DNA of 15,268 nucleotides from a virus: UHGV virus genome UHGV-0136483; one strand, 5' to 3'. Shown piece by piece: positions 1 to 6,825 of this stretch (position 1 is its first letter; each line of letters starts with the position of its first letter). The notes under the pieces were generated by a model. It saw only the letters and a program-made list of their open reading frames with translations, ran no database searches and was not told where the DNA came from. The position numbers and the translations under genes were made by a program.

Positions 1-52
1 GGCAGCCTGAGTTCACAGATAAAACACTCTCCAGGAAACCCGGGGCGGTTCA
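1..52 (+). mobile_element. Right terminus of an IS3 element (IS3 family): last codons of the transposase plus the right inverted repeat; the body of the element lies upstream of the window
   Basis: Window opens with GGCAGCC TGA (an ORF ending ...Ala-Ala-stop at 8-10) followed by GTTCACAGATAAAACACTCTCCAGGAAACCCGGGGCGGTTCA. The reverse complement starts TGAACCGCCCCGGG, a TG...CA-type terminal repeat that I recognise from memory as the IS3 end. Not searched. Confidence 0.6.
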
Positions 53-948
53 GTTCGTGCCGATCAGCTCTGGTCACAACTTTGCCAGACAGGTCCGTTC
101 CGGAATGTGGATATAAATGACTTCAAAAGTCTGCTTAAACATATGGGGACATGTGGCCTGCTCACTCAACTAGCCAGCGGTTAAATAGTTGTCGGGGCTG
201 AGGGGGAGAAGCTGATTAATCACTACACGTTTTATGCCGTATTCAATACATCTGAGGAGTTTCGCATTGTAACGGGAAACCGAACTCTTGGCACAGTGCC
301 TGTAGACTCCCCACTTTTGCCGGAGCAGCACATCATCTTCGGCGGACAGCGCTGGAAAGTGACAGAGATCGAGGTTGAAAAAAAGCTATCTATGTTGAGG
401 CGACTAAAGGCGGGCAGCCACCACTATTCAGTGGTAGCGGGATGTCTGTTCATGATGTTGTTCGCCAGGAGATGCTCGCTATCTACAGGGAAAATGATTA
501 CCGTATCGCGGTAGGCAACAAGAGAGTTGATTATGCTGATGCCGCAGCCAGAAGCCTCTTCGCGGAAGGAAGTGACAACTTCCAACGCTACAATCTACAA
601 AATCACTGTTTTATTGCCAGTGGTCAGAACTGCTACGTGATCCCGTGGATGGGGGATAAAATTGTCAATACAATTACGTCCCTGCTTATACGTTGTGGCT
701 TTAAAGCCAGTTCATTTGCAGGTGTGATAGAGGTAGAGGGCTCAGGCGTTGCCTCTGTTCAGCGTGCACTTAAGAAAATGTTATTGTCGGGGTTACCTTC
801 AGAGTTTGAGCTTGCTGCAGTTGTTCCTGACAAGTACCTGGATAAATATGACGAGTATTTACCAGAGACTTTGCTTGCTACAGGGTATGGGGCACAGGCG
901 TATGATACAGAAGGAACGTGCATCTGGCTGCAGAAACACCTTCAGTAA
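53..948 (+). pseudogene. Remnant of a larger gene of unknown function: 5-prime truncated at the IS end, with an in-frame TAA (182-184) and a frame change inside an A7 run (378-384); the 3-prime part is the track ORF 442-948 (168 aa)
   Basis: One reading frame is open from 53 to the TAA at 182-184 and again 185-514; the protein-like sequence then continues in the next frame (open 379-948). The switch point coincides with the homopolymer gttgAAAAAAAgc. There is no RBS or start at the 5-prime side, which abuts the IS terminus. Family not recognised. Confidence 0.5.
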
Positions 949-961
949 ACTGGATATGTAG

Positions 962-998
962 TCAGGGTATAAATAACTTATTTATACCCTGATTTTTT
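962..998 (+). terminator. Rho-independent terminator downstream of the disrupted gene
   Basis: Perfect 15-bp inverted repeat tcagggtataaataa (962-976) / ttatttataccctga (978-992) with a 1-nt loop, followed directly by TTTTTT (993-998), 14 nt after the stop at 946-948. Confidence 0.7.
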
Positions 999-1125
999 AC
1001 TTCCCGGTGGACTTACTTGGCTTTAGTCCCGGAGTGTTGCCAGGAGTATCTTTATTATCTCGTCGGCGTTGATCCGGTTTTCCTGTCGATTTAGCAATTG
1101 GTTTTGGACCTGGTTTAAGACCCAT
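997..1125 (-). CDS. Small basic Lys/Pro/Gly-rich hypothetical protein (42 aa from ATG at 1125; the track ORF starts earlier at a TTG)
   Basis: ATG at 1125-1123 is preceded by AAGGA with an 8-nt spacer. Product MGLKPGPKPIAKSTGKPDQRRRDNKDTPGNTPGLKPSKSTGK is low complexity with no recognisable family; it could be spurious. Confidence 0.25.
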   Translation of the reverse strand: MGLKPGPKPIAKSTGKPDQRRRDNKDTPGNTPGLKPSKSTGK

Positions 1126-1729
1126 GATAGTTATCCTTTTGAGATGTAAGAGGGAAGCCCTCAACGTTGGTATATCTGATACTGAGAAATTTTTCAATGT
1201 GAGTAATAAACTTTCAAATGATTAACTCGATATTGTGATCAATGTCTTTTTTTTGCATCAACAGGATTTCTTTATGAATTGTAGTGGTTGATAAGAGCAA
1301 AGGCCGGACTTTTGTTTTCTTAAATGATTATGGTAATGCATGAATCTCGTGGTTTAATAATTGGAAGTAAGTCAAAGTATCATTTCACAGAGTGTGATTA
1401 TCATATTTAAGAAGTAATTAAATGCTTTTTTCTTTATCTATAAATATAGTTTTTCTGTAATCATTTACTTTTGATATAAACTGATTTTTTAATGATGAGC
1501 CATCACACAGTGCCAATGTTTCCCCCAAGACGATCCTTGCACTCATGTTGATTTAGCCATCCTAATATCTGGGTGAGAGTATAACTGATTCGGTTAACTT
1601 TCTATTATTATTTGCCTGAGGGATAGACTACGAACATGCACCATGTGGGGATATCACAATATCATATGCGATGAATGTGATTTATATTTTTAAAGTATTA
1701 CTTCATATCTCAAAGAGAAATAATAAAAG

Positions 1730-1764
1730 ATAGAGTGAGAAAAGCAGGAGCGAAGTTCACTCCT
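1730..1764 (-). terminator. Weak candidate terminator after the DUF262 gene
   Basis: On the minus strand a 5-bp stem AGGAG/CTCCT (1746-1750 / 1760-1764) with a 9-nt loop is followed by the T-rich stretch GCTTTTCTCACTC, 14 nt after the stop at 1778-1780. Short stem, so low confidence. Confidence 0.3.
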
Positions 1765-1777
1765 ACTATTATATAGT

Positions 1778-2806
1778 TTAATCGTGAAGTAGATTTAAAA
1801 GCACTTCAATTCTACGTGAGCGTTGGGTTTTGCTTTTTGTGCTAGAACTCATAGTTTTTCTATATTCTCTTCTTAATTCCGCATTATGTTGTGTATCTTT
1901 TTCCCACAAGCTATCCAGGAAGGTGGAAAGTCTATTTGACGCTTCTTCTACAGGAACATTATTGTTACTGCAATAAAGTGCATAACTGAAGATTCCGTAT
2001 AAGTGACTAACACCGCTTGCTTTATGACTTTTGAAATCAATATTCATATCAACTAAATAGTCAGTTGTTTTTTCAAAAATAGAAAATGCCTCATTTGTTT
2101 CATCACCATTCTTGGTGCAATACTTCTCGTAAAGACTATCAATTATGTCTTGAGTTGCACCAAATACTTCATCCTCAAGGATCGTGAATATCAATTCAGA
2201 TACAAACTCTTTGTCTTCCATTCTCTTCTTATCAACGTGCTCTAGCAATTTTTGCCAATATTCACGTTGTGAATATTCTACTATTTTTTTATAAAAATCA
2301 GTATCATGATATTTGGCATTCCTTAACTCTTGTCCGTTAAGTCGTTCACCATTTCTGTTAAGCCTGTCGAAAATACTATCAATTATTCTTTCGTCTTCAG
2401 TATCAATGTACTCTATAGGCATCTGATATCGCCAGAATAATTTTTTAACTTCTGCATATTTAGAAGTTGATAAATCGGAAAAAAACACACCAGTCAATTC
2501 ATCATCTTCTTCCTCACTTGCTGATGTTATTTGGCCATTGATAAAATTAACAATGGCAGTGAGCCTCTGTTTTCCGTCAACAACTTCAAACGTGATTCTT
2601 CCGGTGTCATCATCAATTTTTTGATGGAGAAATATAGGGGGAATTGGATAGTTACGTAGTATACTATCTATAAAGAATGATTGTTTTTCTTCATCCCAAA
2701 CACTATCTCTTTGATAAGGAGGATCAAAATTAAATTTGCCTAATGAAAAGCCCTCCCAAAAGGAAGCAATATTAATACTGTTTGAATCCCGCTTTAAAAT
2801 TTCCAT
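1778..2806 (-). CDS. DUF262-family (ParB/Srx-like) protein, 342 aa; second gene of a two-gene operon
   Basis: N-terminal PPYQRDSVW motif and VVDGKQRLTAI (the DGQQR-type motif of DUF262/GmrSD/DndB-like proteins). ATG at 2806-2804 overlaps the upstream stop (TAATG); AAGGAG lies 8 nt upstream. No DUF1524/HNH-like C-terminal module is evident. Low GC. Confidence 0.85.
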   Translation of the reverse strand: MEILKRDSNSINIASFWEGFSLGKFNFDPPYQRDSVWDEEKQSFFIDSILRNYPIPPIFLHQKIDDDTGRITFEVVDGKQRLTAIVNFINGQITSASEEEDDELTGVFFSDLSTSKYAEVKKLFWRYQMPIEYIDTEDERIIDSIFDRLNRNGERLNGQELRNAKYHDTDFYKKIVEYSQREYWQKLLEHVDKKRMEDKEFVSELIFTILEDEVFGATQDIIDSLYEKYCTKNGDETNEAFSIFEKTTDYLVDMNIDFKSHKASGVSHLYGIFSYALYCSNNNVPVEEASNRLSTFLDSLWEKDTQHNAELRREYRKTMSSSTKSKTQRSRRIEVLLNLLHD

Positions 2807-3855
2807 TAGGCAAGCTCCTTTAAAACTTCAGATGATGAATGATGAACATAACTATTAAATACCATTCCAAGTATAGCACTTAAACCATCAACATTTCCTG
2901 GATTAATCATTCTAACATTAACGTCACTGTTTATTTTGCGTATTATTGCATCAATTTCGGCACGATCAACATGCCAATATGAAATACCACAAATGAAGAA
3001 ATCATCGTTTGGGTTGTACGACTCCATCGTCGCTTCAATAGACTCTTTAATTGAATTAGCCCAGTTTTGGGCATAACGATGAGCTTCTCCTGCTGGCGGT
3101 ATTATTGGAATTAATGGCATGTAAAGGCTTAAGTTTTCATGCCGGCATTCGAATTTTGATATGTCGCCATTATTTAAAGATAACTCTTTTTGGATATTGT
3201 AGTTATCTTTTGACATATATCCTTCATACAAGAAGCTAATAGAGCCATGTGGTTTGTATATTTTAAACTTTGCATTCCCGTCAGATATGTTTGGGATGTC
3301 AAATCTGATATTAAGTAAATCAAGAAGGCGCTCAAGATAAATGTCATAGTTATAAGTTATAATATCAACTCGTTCTATGTTTTCGTTTTTGTCCAGTTTC
3401 ATCAAATAGTCTCGCCAGCCACTTTCTAACTTACGTAGATCTTCAGAGGAAACTTTTTCGTTATAATCAATGAAAAGCTCCCTTAAATATGAAACTAATT
3501 CTTGATAAGCATAAATGTAAATGTTTGACAATGGAGTATGACTTGCCTGATTTTTCTTCTTTATTGTTTCTGGAGGTAGAGTTGCATATAAATTTATTAC
3601 TGTAATTAATTCTTCTATTATTTGATATGATGCGGTTCTATTTAGCCCGGGTCTTGCACCCAATCGCCATAGATTTGGGCAATATCGAGCAGAAAGAAAA
3701 CCGGGTTCCCCAGTGGCGGGCCACTTAACCATATCGCCATATTTAAATAGATCGGATGGGTCAATTATATCAAGTTTGTCCATTTTGCTAAGGAGGTCAA
3801 TAGTGAATCCATTCCCAAGCATTAACCCAACTTTCTTTTTTTTTTCGCTGCTCAA
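2806..3855 (-). CDS. SIR2-like (SIR2_2 family, predicted NAD+-binding/NADase fold) protein, 349 aa if the TTG at 3855 is the start; the first ATG is at 3822
   Basis: Three SIR2-type motifs in order: VGLMLGNGFT (GxG Rossmann loop), IITYNYDIYLERLL (TTNYD-like) and KIYKPHGSISF (HGS). The TTG at 3855-3853 is preceded by AAGGA with an 8-nt spacer; the alternative ATG (3822-3820) has a poor RBS. Stop overlaps the DUF262 start. Low GC. Confidence 0.8.
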   Translation of the reverse strand: MSSEKKKKVGLMLGNGFTIDLLSKMDKLDIIDPSDLFKYGDMVKWPATGEPGFLSARYCPNLWRLGARPGLNRTASYQIIEELITVINLYATLPPETIKKKNQASHTPLSNIYIYAYQELVSYLRELFIDYNEKVSSEDLRKLESGWRDYLMKLDKNENIERVDIITYNYDIYLERLLDLLNIRFDIPNISDGNAKFKIYKPHGSISFLYEGYMSKDNYNIQKELSLNNGDISKFECRHENLSLYMPLIPIIPPAGEAHRYAQNWANSIKESIEATMESYNPNDDFFICGISYWHVDRAEIDAIIRKINSDVNVRMINPGNVDGLSAILGMVFNSYVHHSSSEVLKELA

Positions 3856-4000
3856 AAAAGTATCCTTACAAAAGTGTTAACAAAAATACTTACTAATATA
3901 GGATAAAACTTTTTAATTCTAAATTCTAGTTGTTTTCAGCCACTAATGTAGATCCTTTGCACCTAATGATCTCTTCCCTCAGTGGACTGCATTGTGGAGT

Positions 4001-4447
4001 TGACCTGCTCCCACATTTATTAATATACCACGATGTAAGTAATGTCTTCATCAGCAACGTTAGGGTATCCCCATGAAGAAGTGTTTTCCGACGAACAGAT
4101 TATCAGTATCCTCCGCGAGGCCGTAGCCGGCGTTTCTGCCCGGGAACTCTGCCGCAAGAATGCTATTTCAGACGCTACTTTCTACACCGGGCGCCGAAGT
4201 TTGGTGGAATAGAAGTCCCTGAGGTAAAGCGGCTTAAGACACCTGAAGAGGAGAACGACCCCTCAAGACGCTGCTCGCCAAAACCATGCTGGATAAGGAG
4301 GTACTTCAGGTAGCTCTGGACCGAAATTCTGACGACAGAACAGAAGTGGGAAGCCGTGGAAGTCATGTGTGAGGCAACGGGTCTGTCGCAACGTCGTGCC
4401 AGCAGGCTGACTGATGGTTGTATCGAATACTGGAGACAGGTCAACAA
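4001..4447 (+). mobile_element. Decayed IS3-family insertion sequence remnant: left end, frameshifted orfA and only the first codons of orfB; the rest is deleted
   Basis: TGACCTGCTCCC... (4001) resembles IS3-family left inverted repeats. ATG at 4073 opens MKKCFSDEQIISILREAVAGVSARELCRKNAISDATFYTGRRSLVE-stop; the continuation KFGGIEVPEVKRLK... and ...LLAKTMLDKEVLQVALDRNS are in other frames (at least 2 frameshifts). TTEQKWEAVEVMCEATGLSQRRASRLT looks like an orfB N-terminus. Boundaries are approximate. Confidence 0.6.
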
Positions 4448-4489
4448 TGTGCTGAAACTGATTGAGGAGTGATACTTAGGGGATTATGA

Positions 4490-4545
4490 CTGACTTAACT
4501 ATTAGATTACTGATAAATGACTATCAAGGTATTTCGTTAAGTCAG
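4490..4545. repeat. Inverted repeat just downstream of the integrase stop (arms ctgacttaac / gttaagtcag, about 36 bp apart)
   Basis: 10-bp arms at 4490-4499 and 4536-4545 are exact reverse complements, extendable with one mismatch, in an AT-rich 110-bp stretch between the IS remnant and the int stop at 4563. Confidence 0.4.
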
Positions 4546-4562
4546 CCTTTAAAATCAAGTGA

Positions 4563-5753
4563 TTATATAGCTGGGGAATCTTTTCGAATAGCATCAAGGT
4601 AGTCAGCGTACCATTGCATCATTTCTCGTCTTCCTTCAAGGTAACGAGCATGGTTGTATGTACCACGAATGCTGTTTTTGTCCGTATGTGCAAGTTGCAT
4701 TTCAATCCATGCACTATTGAATCCTTTCTCATGTAGAATAGTACTCATTGTATGACGAAAACCATGCCCGGTAGCTTTTTTGTCATAGCCAATCTTCTTC
4801 AAAACCATATTGACGCTTGCATCGCTGATAGGCCTGTTAACATCATTTCTTCCGGCAAAGATGTATCTGTATCTTCCCGTCAGTTCTTTAAGGATTTGGA
4901 GAGACCGAATTGCCTGATTTGAGAGGGGAACAATATGTTCCTTCCTCATTTTCATCCGGGTCGGAGGCACTTCCCATATTTTTTGGGAAAAATCGATCTC
5001 ACACCATTCCCCCATACGTAATTCTACGGTCCTCAGCCCTGTGAGCATCAACAATTTTGTAGCTTCACGGGTTACAATACTGCCGGTGTAGTTTTCGAGT
5101 TTGTACAAAAACTCTGGTAGTTCAGGAGGAAGCAGGAATGGGTAATGTGTTCGTTTATGGCTTTTCATTGCTATAACCAGATCAGAGGCTGGATTGTATC
5201 GAGCCCTACCTGTAACAATGGCATACCGAAACACTTCACCACATCGTTGGCGAACTTTATTAGCTAGCTCGCAGGCTCCGCGGCTTTCAATACGCTGAAG
5301 AACTGCGAGAAGTTCAAGAGGTTCGATATCACTGATGGGTCTGTTTCCAATGTAGGGAAACACATTATTTTTGAATGCTCTGTCGACATAATCAGCGTAG
5401 CTGGCCGACCAGCCTGAAACTTTTGCGTTGTACCACTCGGTGGCGATTGTGGCAAAAGTTCTTCCTTCAGAAAGGTTTTTCTCAAGATTTTCAGCTTTCT
5501 TGACTTCACCGGGGTCTTTACCATCGGCATGTATTTTCTTGGCTTCATCCCGACGTTTGCGAGCTTCAGCCAATGTAATAGTTGGATAGGTGCCAAATGA
5601 TAGTTTCTTTTCCTTCCCTGCATAGTGGTACTTCATTCGCCAGTACTTTGAGCCGTTAGGATTGACCTGCAGGTAGAGCCCACCACCATCGGCAATTTTA
5701 TAAATTTTATCTTTGGGTTTGGCTGTTTCAACTTGTCGAGCTGTCAGTGGCAT
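4563..5753 (-). CDS. int: Tyrosine site-specific integrase, P4/IntS family (DUF4102-type N-terminus), 396 aa from the ATG at 5753
   Basis: N-terminus MPLTARQVETAKPKDKIYKIADGGGLYLQV, central RCGEVFRYAIVTGRARYNPASDL and C-terminal HGFRHT...LAH...RGTYNHA (catalytic R..HxxR..Y pattern). GAGG lies 7 nt upstream of the ATG at 5753; the track start at 5780 is a TTG. Confidence 0.9.
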   Translation of the reverse strand: MPLTARQVETAKPKDKIYKIADGGGLYLQVNPNGSKYWRMKYHYAGKEKKLSFGTYPTITLAEARKRRDEAKKIHADGKDPGEVKKAENLEKNLSEGRTFATIATEWYNAKVSGWSASYADYVDRAFKNNVFPYIGNRPISDIEPLELLAVLQRIESRGACELANKVRQRCGEVFRYAIVTGRARYNPASDLVIAMKSHKRTHYPFLLPPELPEFLYKLENYTGSIVTREATKLLMLTGLRTVELRMGEWCEIDFSQKIWEVPPTRMKMRKEHIVPLSNQAIRSLQILKELTGRYRYIFAGRNDVNRPISDASVNMVLKKIGYDKKATGHGFRHTMSTILHEKGFNSAWIEMQLAHTDKNSIRGTYNHARYLEGRREMMQWYADYLDAIRKDSPAI

Positions 5754-5927
5754 CTGGGGGCCTCGCAATAGATTGACCAATATGTGCCCCTAAATAGGCC
5801 CCCAAATGTGACTTGATTTACGTACCCCTGAGGAGAATCACGGCGACTATTTGAGTAACATAAGTAAGGGTATATACTGATTATAAAGGCTTTTTATGGG
5901 ATATGGTAGATTTCAGGAGAGGTGTAA

Positions 5928-5943
5928 ATGGTGTCCCCTGCAG
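5928..5943 (-). other. Candidate attachment-site core: 16-mer CTGCAGGGGACACCAT on the minus strand, resembling the 3-prime end of a tRNA (T-stem 3-prime strand + acceptor + CCA)
   Basis: Reverse complement of atggtgtcccctgcag. It ends in ...ACACCA like a tRNA 3-prime terminus and matches my recollection of the argW 3-prime end and the KplE1/Sf6-type att core. It sits in the 263-bp gap between the xis stop and the int start. Confidence 0.45.
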
Positions 5944-6016
5944 ACATCTACTTGAGGCGGCAGGGGATTGATTGGAATGGTGTTTTTTAGATGTGAGAAA
6001 TATTTTACCCGCTATT

Positions 6017-6217
6017 TTACCCATTGGCGCGGCTTAAGAGCTTATTTTTGAATTCACAATGGTCACGATATAACCATCTTGCTCGCCCGTGGATAACTTT
6101 GGCTTTTGGCAAGTCGCCGGACTTAATACGGTCGTAGATGAAGGTTTTACCAAAGCCAGTATCGGCCATGATGAATTTCAAATCAACCAGTGAATCAGGC
6201 TGTAGTTCGTGTTGCAT
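6017..6217 (-). CDS. xis: Excisionase / recombination directionality factor (TorI/AlpA-like small HTH protein), 66 aa
   Basis: 66-aa basic protein (MQHELQPDSLVDLKFIMADTGFGKTFIYDRIKSGDLPKAKVIHGRARWLYRDHCEFKNKLL...) immediately upstream of int on the same strand. GGAGA lies 8 nt before the ATG at 6217. Size and position are typical of a prophage Xis; the sequence recalls TorI of KplE1, from memory. Confidence 0.7.
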   Translation of the reverse strand: MQHELQPDSLVDLKFIMADTGFGKTFIYDRIKSGDLPKAKVIHGRARWLYRDHCEFKNKLLSRANG

Positions 6218-6236
6218 GAGTGCTATCTCCGAATAG

Positions 6237-6252
6237 GGAATCGAACCTGCAA
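6237..6252 (-). other. tRNA T-arm-like 16-mer TTGCAGGTTCGATTCC (T-stem 5-prime strand + T-loop), not part of a complete tRNA
   Basis: Contains the canonical T-loop GGTTCGATTCC. Its GCAGG would pair with the CCTGC formed where this segment meets the 5928-5943 segment, so the two pieces behave like adjacent halves of one tRNA 3-prime region separated by about 290 bp. No upstream D-arm or anticodon arm is present. Confidence 0.35.
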
Positions 6253-6262
6253 ATCAGGCAAT

Positions 6263-6285
6263 AAAAAACCGCCATCAGGCGGTTT
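6263..6285 (-). terminator. Rho-independent terminator on the leftward (pL-type) transcript, upstream of xis
   Basis: Minus strand reads AAACCGCC-TGAT-GGCGGTTT followed by TTTTATT (complement of the A6 run at 6263-6268). The stop codon of the small ORF 6275-6442 lies inside the hairpin. Confidence 0.5.
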
Positions 6286-6442
6286 GGTGTTCTTTCAGTT
6301 CTTCAATTCGAATATTGGTTACGTCTGCATGTGCTATCTGCGCCCATATCATCCAGTGGTTATAGCAGTCGTTGATGTCCTCTGCTTCGATAACCCTGTT
6401 GAATGGCTCTCCATTCCATTCACCTGTGACTCGGAAGTGCAT
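6275..6442 (-). CDS. Small hypothetical protein, 55 aa (below the track length cutoff)
   Basis: ATG at 6442-6440 with GGAG 7 nt upstream. Product MHFRVTGEWNGEPFNRVIEAEDINDCYNHWMIWAQIAHADVTNIRIEELKEHQTA; it ends in the terminator hairpin. Confidence 0.4.
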   Translation of the reverse strand: MHFRVTGEWNGEPFNRVIEAEDINDCYNHWMIWAQIAHADVTNIRIEELKEHQTA

Positions 6443-6522
6443 TTATCATCTCCATAAAACAAAACTCGCCGTAGCGAGTTCAGATAAAAGAAATCCATCA
6501 ATTGGTTAGGGTTTTTGTAATT

Positions 6523-6714
6523 CTACGAATTATGTTGTTTTTTAGCTTCAGCTTTCCATTCATCAAAGGCAGTGTCTTTGTTCATGGTGCTGATATTGAT
6601 CTTACGGTCAATATCATATACACGCCACTCACCGTTAGGCCTCTCTTCGCATCTAACTAAGTATGAATTGCCATTAATATCTATGCGTCTGTCTATTTGC
6701 ATGAACATTTTCAA
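6523..6714 (-). CDS. Small hypothetical early-left protein (63 aa from the TTG; 61 aa from the ATG at 6708)
   Basis: Track ORF; GAGGA lies 8 nt upstream of the TTG at 6714. No family recognised. Confidence 0.5.
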   Translation of the reverse strand: MKMFMQIDRRIDINGNSYLVRCEERPNGEWRVYDIDRKINISTMNKDTAFDEWKAEAKKQHNS

Positions 6715-6825
6715 TTTTCGAATCCTCTTTAATATGCATTTTTTGCTATTTCAGTAGTTTACTATTGATGAGGCGTTATTATACACACTTCATTAATGCA
6801 AGCATCTTTATGCTATGCTACTAAT

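Noticed and set aside
296-514. 72-aa and 70-aa plus-strand ORFs (296-514 and 749-961) as independent genes
   Set aside because: 296-514 is the upstream frame of the disrupted gene (start is a GTG with no RBS) and is better explained as part of the pseudogene; 749-961 is an alternative frame inside ORF 442-948.
1200-1777. A gene or small RNA in the 580-bp AT-rich spacer
   Set aside because: No ORF above about 30 codons with an RBS and no convincing stable stem-loops; most likely promoter or curved AT-rich DNA. A small RNA cannot be excluded without expression data.
4175-4447. Minus-strand 90-aa ORF
   Set aside because: It lies antisense inside the IS3-family remnant, whose plus-strand frames show clear transposase OrfA/OrfB similarity; no RBS.
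5264-5623. Minus-strand 119-aa ORF in an alternative frame
   Set aside because: Fully contained within the integrase gene in another frame; the integrase frame carries the conserved motifs.
6218-6260. A complete tRNA gene upstream of xis
   Set aside because: Only the T-arm-like 16-mer is present. The flanking sequence is the xis RBS on one side and a terminator hairpin on the other, with no D-arm, anticodon arm or acceptor pairing.
6209-6457. Plus-strand 82-aa ORF
   Set aside because: It overlaps the xis start, the terminator hairpin and the RBS-supported 55-aa minus-strand ORF; no RBS of its own.
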